DNA of 64,000 nt from Mobula birostris (lineage: Eukaryota). Positions 23,521 to 36,829 of the stretch are shown one piece after another. The stretch covers positions 100,766,699 through 100,830,698 of the forward strand of contig NC_092382.1 in NCBI RefSeq assembly GCF_030028105.1. The letters are read 5' to 3'. How positions within the stretch are numbered: the first letter of the stretch is position 1; each line of letters begins with the position of its first letter. The translations under genes and the position numbers were made by a program. Below the pieces are notes generated by a model. The model ran no database searches, was not told where the DNA came from, and worked only from the letters and a program-made list of their open reading frames with translations.

Positions 23521-24445
23521 TTTCATACGCCAGGGAAAGTTTGGAAATAAAATTGGAACAGTCAGGCAGTGAAGCAAACCGAACAGGTATTCAGTATAGG
23601 ATTGGAATGGTTTGGACCTGTTGCATACCCCGTGGGTATCTTGTGACTGTCTTATGAGAATGATTGTGGAGGTCACGTGACATAATTTTCCCGCCAGTGG
23701 GAGGTCACATGATGACCTGCTCTCAACAGGTATATAAAGGGAAACCCTGTTGTGACGCAGTTCGTTTCAGTTTAGTTTTGTGTTAGTTCGTCGGTTACTC
23801 CGTTGTGCTGCGTATTTGTCTCATGACGCAGATTCGCTTTAAAACGGAGTTTTCCTTTCTATTTTAAGGTGCAAAGATTGGTGCTGGCAGTTTCGCCAAT
23901 TGCTGCCAGGTTTGTGCGTTACATCTATAATTTTTCCTTTACGGTAGTATTAGAGAGTGAAGTACGGGAACCTGAGGGATCGAATAAAGTTGGAGTCATT
24001 CGGCGTTTTTATAAAGGATGGACCTCATTGAGTTTCCGTTCAGAAAAGTGACATGTATCTGAGATAATTCCTGCAAGGGCAGCGAAGTTTGAGCAGTGTT
24101 TACTCGCCAGAAAAAAGGTCAGTTCCTTTAAGCCGATTTTATTTCCTTCGTCGTGAATCCTTTGGAGAATCAGCAGTAAAGTCACGGTTTTGAAGAAATC
24201 CCTTTCCAGAGGTCTCTCCTTATTGACTGTGTAAATCACTTGGACTTCCGATTTTACCGCTTTAAGAACTGTTTTCGAATTTACCCTTTTAAGAACTGTT
24301 CCAGAGTTGCCGTGTAGCAGTTAACTTCCGGTTAAGTAAGTCGTTTGAATGCTTTTGGCTATTGTTGAGCAGAGTTTAATAAATGTTTGTGTGTTTTTAT
24401 AAAACTTGCCTCAAATGATAATTCATTGTTGCCGATCACGTGACA
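23521..24445 (+). mobile_element. Solo LTR-like element
   Basis: TATATAAAG near 23732, AATAAA near 24379, ends CACGTGACA. The 5' end is degenerate and no TSD was found. Confidence 0.55.
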
Positions 24446-24989
24446 ATCGGCAATGGCGAGCGACCCTGGGGCGCGGGCGACGTTCTGACGTAGTACTGGG
24501 GATGTCCACGGCGAACGCCCACACTTGAAGTGCCTGGGTGAGAAAACAGAGATGGCATTTGCTGGCTCAGATGAGCTGCAATGCAGGATGGTGGAGGCGT
24601 CGCAGCATTGGGGGGGGGTGGTCCCGAGGGAGGGCGTGCCCCGCAGGTGGAGAGGCGGAGTTGAGAGGGAGCGGTGTGCGGGGAAAAAGAAAGTCCTGCG
24701 ATAGTAGAGAGGAGACATTGAGAGAGGGAGAGAGAGAGAGAGAGAGAGAAAGTGAGTGTGTGTGTGTGAGAGAGAAATAGAGAGAGAGAGAGAGAAAGAT
24801 TGTGTGTGAGAGAGAGAGATAGAGAGAGTGAGAGAGAATAAATTAATTGAATCAATTGAATTGGCTTTCTTGCTTACATCCTTCACATACGTGAGGAGTA
24901 AATATCTTTTCATTAATTTAATTCTCAGTCTAAATGTGCAATGTGCAATTTCTAGTAACTTATAATAAATAGTATGTACAACAGGACAG

Positions 24990-25760
24990 TCAATATAACA
25001 TAGAAATGCAGTTGTCTCAGAGTGAATCAATCACTCTGGTGGAAGAAGCTGTCCCGGAGCCTGTCGGTCCTGGCTTTTACGCTGTGGTACCGTTTCCCGG
25101 GCGGTAGCAGCTGGGACAGTTTGTGGCTGGGGGTGACTCGGGTCCCCATTGATCTTTCAGACCCTTTTTACGCACCTGTCGCTGTAAATGTCCTGAATAG
25201 TGCGGAGTTCACATCTACAGATGCGCTGGGCTGTCCCGCACCACTCTCTGCAGAGTCCTGCGGTTGAGGGAGGTACGGTTCCCATACCAGGCAGTGACGC
25301 AGCCCGTCAGGATGCTCTCAGCTGTGCCCCTGTGGAAAGATCTCAGGGTATGGGGACTCGTGCCGAACTTCTTCAACCGTCTGAGGTGAAAGAAGTGTTG
25401 TGCTTTTCTTCACCAGGCAGCCGGTATGTACAGACCACGTGAGATCCTCGGTGATGTTTATGCCAAGGAACTCAAAGCTGTTCACACTCTCAACCCCATC
25501 CATTGATGTCAATAGGGGTTAGCCCGTCTCCATTCCTCCTGTAGTCCACAACCAACTCCTCTGTCTTTGCGACGTTGAGGGGAGTGTGTTTTCTTGACAC
25601 CACTGTGTGAGGGTGATGAATCCTTCCCTGTAGGCTGCCTCGTTATTATTTCAGATTAGGCCAGTCAAGGTAATATCATCTGCAAATTTAGTTAGCAGAT
25701 TGGAGCTGTGGGTGGAGACACAGCCATCAGTATGCAAAGAGTAAAAGAGGGGGCTTAGGC
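24990..25760 (-). mobile_element. L2-type LINE 3' fragment
   Basis: ORF 25318-25512 (VESVNSFEFLGINITEDLTWSVHT...LRRLKKFG-like), typical of an L2 RT end. Confidence 0.7.
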
Positions 25761-26539
25761 CGCTGCTCTTGGGGGCTGCTGTGTTACCGACCAGAGGGGC
25801 AGAGGTGACGGAGCCCACTCTGATCACCTAACGGCGATCTGACAGGAAGTGGTGGTGAGGTGCCGAAACAGAGAGCGTGGGTGAGAGCTTTGTGGGAGAG
25901 CTGTGGGAGAGCGGCGGGGAGCGAACGCCACCGCGCAGTAAGGGAATGGTGATGGCGAGGATGTGCTTACTGTGAGAGGATTGAAACTGCATTCAAATTA
26001 AATAAAGCTGGTATAATGCTAAATTAGCATGAATTGTTTTTTTATGGAAAGTGGCAAGGAGGAACTTCTGCAGTCGGCTGCAGTTAAGGTGGCGCCACTT
26101 AGCGGAAGGTACAGGAAAAGCATATAACAAGAGATTTTCGTGGATGGCTTGGGCGGCACGGTAGCAAACTTACTTACTCCCCACTTACGCCACGAAGGTC
26201 CGTCATCTCTGGCGGTGTTCAGGGCTCTCTTCCTCGCGTCAGTAGCTCTCTCTCGGTTTTCGCTACTGTTAGTCACCGACAGAGACTCAGGAATCCGGCC
26301 GCACAGAGGGAGAAGGATTTTTCATTGCTATTTCAGTCCTGATCTGACCCCCTACCGCCCCCACGAACCTACAGGACTGGCGGAGCCCTCTCAGTCTGGC
26401 CTCTACCCTTTGACCTGTTCGGCATGGGTGACCCTACCAAGAGACGAAACATAAAGCCCCGACTCCAGCTGACCGAGCCCTCCGGGCTATTGAGTCAGGC
26501 AAGCCTCCGAACTCAACGACAAGGTCGCGGTCCTCTCGG

Positions 26540-26830
26540 AGACGGGTCGCATAGCAGTTAGCGCGAATCTTTTCAGTGCCAGCTCTGAGATAGGGGATCA
26601 ATTCCCGACGCCGCCTGCAAGGTGTTTGTACGTTCTCCCTGTGACTCCGAGGTTCCCTCCACAGCACCCTCCCTTTCCCACTTCCCGGGTACTCCCGTTT
26701 CCTCCCACAGTGCAAAGACGTACAAGGTGGGGGGGGGGGGAGTCAGTGAATTGTGCGCATGCTCGGTTGGCGCGGGAGTGTGACGTGGACCACGCATTCC
26801 ACTTTTTGTCCACGTGACAAACAAAGCAAA
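26540..26830 (+). mobile_element. V-SINE/HE1-like SINE
   Basis: Central GTTTGTACGTTCTCCCTGTGACT...GTTTCCTCCCACAGTGCAAAGACGTAC domain recalled from elasmobranch V-SINEs. Confidence 0.7.
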
Positions 26831-27224
26831 TCTACTCTTATTTAAATATGAGTTTCAAGGCGCGGCTGGATGGACTAGAAATAGTTACCTTGGATGCCGA
26901 GACATCGATTTCTCCATCTTCCACTAACTTCTCCCCCTCTCCTTCTCCGTTTTTTTCTTTCCCATTCTGGTTACCCGCTTACTTCTCCTCGTGGAGCCGT
27001 CACCTCTCTCCTCCTCTCTTTTTTCCCGCAGTCCAATGTCTTCTCCTGTTAGATTCCTTCTAGATCTTCAGCCCTATACTTCTTCGAACTACCCCCTACC
27101 CACCCGCACATACACCCGCCTTCTGCCTCATCTGATCGCAGCTGCTACCTGCCCGTTTGCAATTCCTCGCACTGAGACCTCATGGACATCCATAAAATGA
27201 CTGAAGGCTGTTGATGGGGTGAGC

Positions 27225-27495
27225 TGAGGTTCCCGGGTTCGAACCGTGTCGGGTCAGCTTCCGAGTATGCTTTCCATCCGTGCCGGGTTGAGTGTCGAGC
27301 TTGCAACTCGACCTCGTAAAGTAAAGGGGAAAATACTGGGAAAATGTCTGTGCGAGGAGTGGCGCGCCACACAGTGTCTCTGTCTCGCTCCGCACCTTGT
27401 AAAAGCCATGAAAAAGACAATCATCACGGACGCACGCACGCACACGCAGACGCAGACGCACAGACCCGCACGCACGCAGGCACACGCCAAAAAAG
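27225..27495 (+). mobile_element. tRNA-derived SINE, 5'-truncated copy of the 30055 family
   Basis: B box GGTTCGAACC; body homologous to 30110-30396. Confidence 0.8.
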
Positions 27496-27529
27496 AGAAA
27501 GGTTTAGAAGGGTATTGCAAAAGGCACAG

Positions 27530-28455
27530 AACCAGAGAACCATAGAGCACTATAGAACAGAAAACAGGCCATTCTGCGCTTCTAGTCTGTGCCGAAACTT
27601 TATTCCGCTAGTCCCATGACCCTCACCCAGTCCATAACCCTCCAGACCTTTTCCATCCATGCACCAATCCAATTTGTTCTTAAAACCTAAGGGTGAGCCC
27701 GCATTTACTATGTCAGATGGCAGCTCGTTCCACACTCCCACCACTCTCTGAGTGAAGAAGTTACCCCTAATGTTCTCCCTGAACCTTTCCCCTTTCACCC
27801 TAACGCCATCTCCTCTCGTATTTATCTTTCCTACTCTAAGTGGAAAGAGCCTACTCGCATTTACTCTGTCTACACCCCTCATAATTTTGTGAACCTCGAT
27901 CAAACCCCCCCCCCCCATTCTTCTACGCTCCAAAGAATAAACTCCTAAACTGTTCAGTCTTTCTCTGTAACTCAACTCCTGAACACCCGGCAACATCCTA
28001 GTAAATGTTCTCTGCACTCTTTCAATTTTACTTATATCTTCCCTACAGTTAGATGACCAGAACTGTGCACAGTACTCCAAATTTGGCCTCACCAATGTCT
28101 TATACAACCTTCCCATAACATCCCAACTCTATACTCAATACTTTGATTTATGAATGCCAGGATGCCAAAAGCCTTATTTACAACCCTGTCTACCGGTGAC
28201 GCCACTTTCAGGGAATAATATATCTGAACTCCCAGATCTCTTTGTTCCTCCGCACTCCTCAGTGCCCTACCATTTACTGTGTATGTCCTACCTTGAGTTG
28301 TCCTTCCAAAATGCAACACCTCACACTTGTCTGCATTAAACCCCACCTGCCATTTAATAGCCCATTTTTCCCAGTTGGTCCAGTTCCCTCTGCGAGCTTT
28401 GAAAGCCTTCCTGACCGTCCACAACGCCTCCAATCTCAGTGTCATCAGCAAACTT
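27530..28455 (-). mobile_element. CR1 LINE 3' fragment
   Basis: ORFs 28089-28502 and 27550-28116 with CR1 RT C-terminal motifs. Confidence 0.9.
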
Positions 28456-28459
28456 GAGC

Positions 28460-29130
28460 GAGGTTGAGAAGAGAAGATGGCGGTGCAGAGCGCAGCGGCC
28501 ACTCCGGTGATGAATATCTGTTATTTGTCAAGTAGGATGCCGTGCACAATGCTGATTTGATGGAGACGGACGTGAAAAGCACAGAGGAACATCTGGAGAA
28601 ACTTCTGAAATGCCTGTTTCGCTGCCGCTGCTACTGTGTGATCTAGAATCAACCGGAGGGGAAGGCCCCGAGTCCTCGGCTTAACCTGTCGCTTGGCGGC
28701 TGCAGTCGGGGTCGAAGCTCTCGGATGGTGCTCAGGGCTCGGTATCGGAGGGCTGGTCTGAGGCTCGAAGTTTTGGGACGGACTCAGAGTCGGTTGTGGT
28801 CTGGTGCTTCCAGGGTGGTGCATCGGCAAGTTTGCAGCGCTGGAGGTTCATGGCAGAGAGAGTTTTCTTCCTTCTACCGCCTACGTGAGATGCTGGGGCT
28901 ATCGGGACTTTGAGACTATTTTACCGTGCCCATGGTCTGTTCTTCATCAAATTACGGTATTGCTTGGCACTGTTGTAACTGTATGCTATAATTATGTGTT
29001 TTTTTGTCAGTTTTAGTCTTGGTCTATCTTGTGTTTCTGTGATATCATACTGGGGGAATATTGTATCATTCCTTAACGCATGTATTACTAAATGACAATA
29101 AAGGAGGACTGTGTGTCCTCATAATCTAAA
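28460..29130 (+). mobile_element. Non-autonomous retroelement; a second, inverted copy at ~50515-50930
   Basis: Shared 3' end (ATTACTAAAT..CAATAAA..GAGGAC..CCTCATAATCTAA) and shared body between the two copies. Confidence 0.6.
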
Positions 29131-30054
29131 AACAAAACTTGCCGATCCAATTTACCACGTTATTATCTAGATCATTGACACTGGCCTCACCAATGTCTTA
29201 TACATGTGAAATGGGCAATCTCAGTTTGGGCGGGAACGTTGATGGGGGATGGAGGAAGTCGGCAGGCGGACTGGAAAGGAAGGGGGCACGGTCTATCATA
29301 AGGAAGTCCAATGAGGGGGCGGGGGTGGTGGCGGAGGTTTCGCGAGCTAGTAGAAGCTCGGTTGGTGATACACGCGGGCGTGTGGGCGGGGAGGTGCGAT
29401 GAAGTACGAAGTTGGTAAAAATATCAGAACATAGGAAATAGGAGCAGGAGTCCGCCATCTTGCCCCGTCGAGCCTGCTCCGCCGTTCAATAAGATCATGG
29501 CTGATCTGGCCATGGACTCATCTCCACCTACCTGCCTTTTCCCCATTACCCTTAATTCACCTCCTATTCTCCTCCTCTATCCCTCCCATCCCCTTCTCTC
29601 CCCCTCTCCTTCTCCCCCTCGGCCTCTTCAGCCAATGCCCGCATACTCCCTCACTCCCTCTCCAAGGTTTAGAAGGGTTATTGCGAGAGGGGCGATGTCT
29701 CTTTAATGAGACCGCTTCAGACAACTCCCGAGGAAGTCGGCAAGTCAGGCAGCATCCCCTGAGACACTTCTCCCGGACCGGAAAGGAAGGAGGCCGAATC
29801 CAGCGTAAGGAAGTGCATTGGGGTGTCATGGTCCCGTCCGGCAATGCCCCATCTTGCTATCATGTCCTTGATTAGGTCTTAATCCCCTTGTCTGATTTCC
29901 AATTGTTCCCAGTTTTCAGTGATTACAGCACACCTGCTTTCCATCAGCGAACTGAGGATATGAGCCCAGGCGTCACTGTCATGCTTCGCCGTTTCGTTGG
30001 TGTATTCTAGTGTGTCTAAACCTCGTTTCCTGATCCCTCAGAACTGTCAGTTCT

Positions 30055-30398
30055 GGGCCAGCTGGTATCGCAAATGACATCGGCGCCGGACCCGGGAGCG
30101 GAGGTTCCCGGGTTCGAAACCAGTCGGGTCCGCTCCCGAGTGCGCTTTCCATCCGTGCCGGGTTGAGTGTTGAGATCGCAACTCGACCTCGTAAAATAAA
30201 GGGGAAAACTACTGCGAAAATGTCTGTGTGAGGAGTGGCGCGCCACACAGTCTCTCTCTCTCGCTCCGCGCCTTGAAAAAAAAGCCATGAAAATGGCATC
30301 ATCACGGACGGACGCACGCACGGACGCGCACGCACAGATGCGCACGGACGCACACGCACAGACTCGCACGCACGTAGGCACACGCCAAAAAAAAAAGG
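30055..30398 (+). mobile_element. Full-length tRNA-derived SINE with poly(A) tail and 12-bp TSD
   Basis: A/B boxes, poly(A) at 30387-30396, and ACTGTCAGTTCT at 30043-30054 and 30399-30410. Confidence 0.9.
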
Positions 30399-30799
30399 AC
30401 TGTCAGTTCTAAGCCCTGGATAATCTACGTAAACCTGGTCTCCGTGTATAGATTCTCCTAAATATCCTGTTCCACGGTTCACGGCTGCGCTCACGCCTCA
30501 CGAACCCCGTCTCCGTGGCTGCGTCATGCTCTTGGGTTCGTCCCCAGCCACGTCGTTGCAACATGGGGTTTGGGGAAGGGGCAGTGGACGCTGGTTGGTG
30601 GTACGCGCCCGCAAGGTGAGTAGGGAAGGAAGATGGGTGAGTGTGTGGGTGGGGAGAGGAAATGAAGTACGAGGTTCGGCGCGGATAGGGGGAAAAGGCA
30701 AAGGGGCTCACCAGAAGGAGTCGAATAGGAGGGGACCGTGGACCATGGGAGAGAGGAGAGAAGAGAAAAGGGTGATGGGAAGATGAGGAGAAGGGGAAA

Positions 30800-32100
30800 T
30801 ATGTGGTGGGGGCATCCGTTAGTCTCGCGGGACCATGAATTTGCGCCTGGAAGGTCTTGCTTCAGTCTGTATCAGAGCAGCGTCTGTTGTGGCTGTAGAG
30901 TCCCACACGGGAGTGACAGTCTCGGCTGCAGCGACTCCACTTGAAGACACTGTCCTCCAGTGTTGTCTTGGTGCTGTTTTTCCGACGAGTGCCCTTTTCT
31001 TCAGCAGCAACCCTCAGCTTCTCTTCTCTTTTTAGACCTCTGCGTAGCTCCAGCCTCCAGTGAGAGCGATCGCTTGCGATGTCCTCCCACCTCTCGACGT
31101 TCATGTTCAGTGACTTCATGTCTCTCTTGCGAACGTCTTTGTAACGAGGATGGGGCCGCCCTTGTGCTCTCTTGCCGGAGGCCAGTTCCCCGTACGGCAG
31201 GTCTTTCGGGATCCTCCCGTCTGACATGCGGTGTACGTGGCCCAGCCAGCGGAGACGGCGTATTGGAGCAGTGCGAAGACGCAGGGTATCTAGGCGCGGG
31301 CCAGGACCTCATTGTTGGTGACTCGGTCACTCCACGTGATGTCCAGGATGCGAAGGTGGAAGGCGTTGAGACGCCGCTCTTGTCTGCAGTAGAGGAGATG
31401 TCGCTCCTCCAACCTGAGTTTAGCCTCATCATTTTGGGGAGGCCATGCCAGAACGGGACTGGGAAGCGGATTCCAAATCGGCAGGCAACAGTGAAGTAAT
31501 ATTTTCACCCAGATATTTCCGTGCGTGGAAGGAGCTGCCCGAGGGAGTGGGTGTAGCAGGCGCGCCAACAGAGAGGGTTTAGTGGGATATGGACCAAAGG
31601 CTGGATCATAGGACCAGCTCAGTTGGTCCGAAGGTCCCGAGTTCTGACTCCAGGGCTGTGTGACGCACAGTCCCACACCGGGTCGTGACGCAGCCAGCCA
31701 GGCCGCTTCCAGCAGGGGCATCTGCGGAGGTTTGTCAGCGTGACCGGCGGACTCTCCTGAAACTCCTGAGGAAGTCAAAGCTGCCGACGCCTTGCGACCG
31801 GGTCCGCGTGCTGGGCCCCAGGACAGGTCGCCCCAAGTGGTTTTCACCCAGGGATTTTCGTACTGCTGACTCCCTGCGCCGCCGATTTCCACCACTATCC
31901 CCCACACCCCCTTATCACCATGTAGACTACCTCACGTTCGAGCTCGTTCCCCTTTCGGAGGTGGGCATTCAGCTTTTCGGTTTGACTGAGATTGAGAGAG
32001 AACCCTTTGGCGCCCCTATTAGAGCGTCCGGTGATAAGCCGAACCTCGCTGTGGATGTCCCATCTCTGAGAAGGTACAGAACGCCCAAAGTCCCACGCTA
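30800..32100 (-). mobile_element. RTE-clade LINE fragment(s)
   Basis: ORF 30862-31227 (DGRIPKDLPYGELASGKRAQGRP..RYKDV.KRDMK) and RRLNAFHLRILDITWSDRVTNNEVLARA. Confidence 0.8.
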
Positions 32101-32119
32101 GCGGGTTCAGGAACAGCTC

Positions 32120-32880
32120 CTGAATGGGGGAGAGAATTCAAAGTTCTGAGATGCAACGGGACTTGGGAGTCCTCGTACAGGATACCCTTAAGTTTAACCT
32201 CCAGGTTGAGTCGGTGGTGAAGAAGGCGAATGTAATGTTGGGATTCATTTCTAGAGGAATAGAGTATAGGAGCAGGGATGTGATGTTGAGGCTCTATAAG
32301 GCGCTGGTGAGACCTCACTTGGCGTAATGTGGGCACTTTTGGTCTCCTTATTCAAGAAAGGATGTGCTGACGTTGGAGAGGGTACAGGAAAGATTCACTA
32401 AAATGATTCCGGGAATGAGGCGGTTAACATATGAGGAACGTTTGTCCGCTCTTGGACTGTATTCCTTGGAGTTTAGAAGAATGAGGGGAGACCTCATAGA
32501 AACATTTCGAATGTTGAAAGGCATGGACAGAGTGGATGTGGCAAAGTTGTTTCCCATGATGGGGGAGTCTAGTACGAGAGGGCATGACGTAAGGATTGAA
32601 GGGCGCCCATTCGGAACAGAAATGCGAAGAAATATTTTTAGCCAGAGGGTGGTGAATCTATGGAATTTGTTGCCACGGGCGGCAGTGGAGGCCAAGTCAT
32701 TGGGTGTATTTAAGGCAGAGATTGATAGGTATCTGAGTGGCCAGGACATCAAAGGTTATGGTGAGAAGGCGGAGGAGTGGGACTAAATGGGAGAATGGCT
32801 CAGCTCATGATAAAATGGCGGAGCATACTCGATGGGCCGAATGGCCGAGTTCTGCTCCTTTGTCTTATGGTCTTATGGTC
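32120..32880 (+). mobile_element. CR1 LINE 3' fragment
   Basis: ORFs 32124-32327 and 32364-32786. Confidence 0.9.
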
Positions 32881-33254
32881 CTTCCCGTCATCCCGTCATC
32901 CACTGGGTTCGTGAACCGACCGGCACAACTGGAATCCCTGCCTCAGTACAGCGACACCGTGACCAATTACCCCGCTCTGTTACCTTTCACCACCTCCAAC
33001 TCTCCTCTCCTCTCACTCCCGCCTCCCGCTCTATACTATACTTACCTCAACATTTCTCCCAGTCGCAGGAAGTGACTAAGGAGGCCTTACTCATCACCGA
33101 AACTTCATGGGCACGTCCTTCCGCACCACCAGTCGTAACCACAGGGGGCGCTGCGTCAAGAAGTCAACGCTCACTATCAGGTCCGTGCCGCCTTCTCGGT
33201 GCTGCCATCGGGCAGGCGGTATAAAAGCCGGAAGTCCCACACCACCGTCAGGTA

Positions 33255-33810
33255 ATGTTAAAGCTATATAAGACCTGAGTTAGACCCTACTTGGAGTGCT
33301 CTGTTCAGAATGGTCACCTCAATAGAGGAAGGATGTGGAAGCCATAGAAAGGGTGCAGCGGAGATTTACGAGGATGTTGCCTGGATTCGGGAGTGTGTCT
33401 TATGAGGATAGGTCGAGTGAACGCAGCCTTTTCTCCTTGGAGAGACGGAGGATGAGAAATGACCTGATAGAGGTGTATAAGATGATGAGATGCATTAATC
33501 GTGTGGATAGTCAGAGGTTTTTTTTCCAGGGCTGAAATGGCTAACACGAGGAGGCACAGTTTTAAAGTGCTTGGAAGTAGGTACAGAGGAGATGTCAGGG
33601 GTAGGTTTTTCACACAGAGAGTTGTGGGTACGTGGAATGCACTGCCAGCGACTGGGGTGGCAGCGGATACCATGGGGTCTTTTAAAAGACTCCTGGCTCG
33701 GAACATGGAGCTTAGAAAAATAGAGGGCTCTGCGGTAGGGAAATTCTTGGCAGTTTCTAGCGTAGGTTACAGGGTCGGCACAACATTGTGGGCCGAAGGG
33801 CCTGTCAGCG
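33255..33810 (+). mobile_element. CR1 LINE 3' fragment
   Basis: ORFs 33335-33535 and 33501-33887. Confidence 0.85.
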
Positions 33811-36800
33811 CTGTCGATTTTCTGTCTCCTGTGATTATCCAACCCAACCCAACTAATCCCTCATCTGGTGAGAGAGCAGTTTATTGACGCTTCCTCTCTC
33901 CCCTTCTTCCCCTCACACAGCGCTCCCTCCCATCCCCGCTTCCTGCCCGCCGAGATTGAAGCAGGGGAGCCCTCGATCGAGCAAGCGAGGATTTCTGGAA
34001 ACCGCACACGCGCCCCCCTCGCCCACCTCGCCCTGTAAACTCCTCGCCCGTCTTACTCTCACCGCCGCCTTCTCCGAACCGCACAGAAAGAGAGCGAGAG
34101 AGAGAAGAAGTCGGCAGAAATCCGTTCGCAGATCACGGCTCCCTTCCCCCGTCAACCAGTAGCGCCCGGCCACTCCGGTCAGTCAACCCAGCCCGGAGGG
34201 GTGGAGAAGTGGGTGGGTGGGGTGGGGAGGAAGATTCTCCCCTGCAACCACTCATTATCGAACCACCACCAGAACTTAGTAGCACTCCGACAACTTGTGG
34301 CACGTCGGTGTAAATGTTCTAATTATGCTTCTGTTTGTAACGATTTGCGTCATTGGACCTTAATTTGCGATTTCCTTGTAAATACTGCTTTACCTGACGC
34401 TGCGCGCCCGCGATACCGCTGCAAGTAAAGTTTTCATGCACCTTTGTGTCCATATATGAACTTAACTCTGACCCCAGTTGTTTATCCCGCAGGTTGTGAG
34501 AACTTTCTGTGCCGAAAGTAAAGGATTTCCTTCCTAAAAATTGCAACAATCACTAAACTGCAACTTCACCCGTTGACCGTGTCCGGACTTTGGGGCCGTT
34601 GGGGAGATCGGTATCCACAGTGACGGCTTGGCATGGCACGTGACCGTGCCGGAAACCGCAGAGACTTCTGGACACTGCTCAGCACATCAGGGAAAGAAAG
34701 CAGCCTCCGCCGATACTTTCCTGCGTCGCTGTAAACCAGCCCGGTGTGAGATCCCACCCATACCCGACATTCCCTGCTCTCCTCTTTCCCATCGGGAAGA
34801 AGGCACAAAAGCCAGCAAGCGCGTACCGACATTTTCAAGGACACCATCTACCGCGCTGACGTCAGCCTCTTTAATGGATCTCACAAGTTTACACGGAGAC
34901 CTGGCCCCAGAATCCACCTGGTTATGAACCTGCGCCCGATGGTCCACCTGCACCGCACATCCTCTGTCACCGTGACACTCCGTTCCGAGTTCTGTTACTG
35001 TTTTCCCTTGTTCCACCTCGGTGTACTGTGTCATGATCTGATCGGCGTGCACAGAATGCAAGGCAAGCCTTTCACTGACAAGAACAACCCAATTCCATTT
35101 TCAGTTCCAATTCTAATTCCAATGCCAATACCAGGTAGATAACGCGTGTGGGATCTCCGGGAGAAAAACTCATGTCAGAGGGAAGACTTTAACGCGGATC
35201 AGAGAGAAAGAGGGAGGGAGCCAGGTCTCTTCCAGAATCAGCACCCGAAGAGTGAAAGAAGAAGAAGAGGAAAAAACATCATCAGTAAATTCTGAGCATG
35301 AAACTGGATTATTTATTTAAATAAAAATGCCCTTGGATATATTCTCAGTGGTCAAATGTGCAATGCAAAATATCTCATCAGCTAATCATATGGCAACAAC
35401 TTAATGCAAAAACAAAACAATATGCAGACATGATCAACCGCTTCAGCAGCTGTTCAGATTCAATATCAAAGTAAGACCACAAGACCATAAGATGCAGGAG
35501 CAGAATTCGGCCATTTGAGTCTTATCCGCCATTTCATCATGGCTGATCCATTTTCCCTCGCAGCCCCAATCTCCTGCCTTCTCCCGTCACGCCCTGACCC
35601 ATCAAGAACCTATCAACCCCTACCTGAAATACACCCGATGACTTGGCCTCCACAGCCGCCTGTGGCCACGAATTCCACCGATTCGCCACTCTCCGGCTCA
35701 ACAAATTTCTCCTCATATCCATTGTAAATAGACGCCCCTCTACTGAGGCTGGGTCCTCTTGTCTTATACTCTCCCATCTGACTCTTTATGCGTTCCGCCT
35801 GACCGTATATCGTTCTCTCCTCCTTCCCCTCTCTCTCCCTCCCTTCTCCGATGCTTTCCCCTTGCATCCCTCCTACCTCCTCTACCTGCCTCTTTTGCCC
35901 ATTCTCTTTCTTCTGGCACACAAATCTTCTCTTTGTTATCTTTCTTGCCCTTTTCTCCAGCTCCCTGAAGATTAAAAATTTCTCTCTATTTCATTTTCAT
36001 TCTCTCTCTTGCTCCCCCATTCACTTCTCTCTCTCTTTCCCCTCACCTTGTCTCTCCCCACTCACTCTTCCCCATACTCTCTCAATTTCCTCTCTTTGAC
36101 GTGTTCTCTGTCTTCTTCAGTCTCCATTCTAATTTATGTCCTTCCTTTTCTCGTTCTTTCTTCCTTGGGAATGATCTATTTCTCTTTATCCCTTCCGGTT
36201 TTAGTTTTGTGCTCCTCTGCTTTCTCGTACTACCCCCCACCCCCGCCAATCGTCGCTTATTATCCCGTAATTACTCTCCACATTGCCTCCTCTCTTCCTA
36301 TTTCATTACATTTCTCTTCTCACGTGATCTCCAACATTTCTCCTCTCTCCCATCACTTTGTCTTTCTCTCATCTCACCTGCTCTCCCACTTTCCCCTCTC
36401 CTTTTCCTACCTGGTCCTTCCTCTTTCGCTCTCTGGCATCTCCCGCTCACTTTCCTCTCTCTGACCTGCTCTGTGCGTACTTGGTTGTCCACCCTAATGT
36501 CTTTCTTCCTCAGCTCTTTCCTCTTCTCCTCCATCTCTTTCTTCTCCCTCTTCCTCTCTCCTTCTCCATCTCTTTCCTCTCTCTTTCCTTTTCTCTATTC
36601 TTGTTTTTCTTCTTCAACTCCTCGTTTCTCCTTCTTACTCTTTTTCATTCGTCCTTTCATTAACTTTTCCTTTCGCTCTTATTTATTCTCCATCGTTCCC
36701 CCCTCTATTTCCAGCTGGTTATCTTACCTACTCGATCTACCACTCTCCCCCACTATAATACCTTCCCTGTTTCTCCTTTAATTTCTTTCATTCCTCTGCA

Positions 36801-36829
36801 TTTCCTTTCCCCTTTGTCTCTCCCTTTCT

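Noticed and set aside
32901-33050. HWVREPTG...YSDTV...ALYY as a plus-strand Ig-type V
   Set aside because: It needs a frameshift, has no Cys at either canonical position, FR3 is too short, and there is no RSS.
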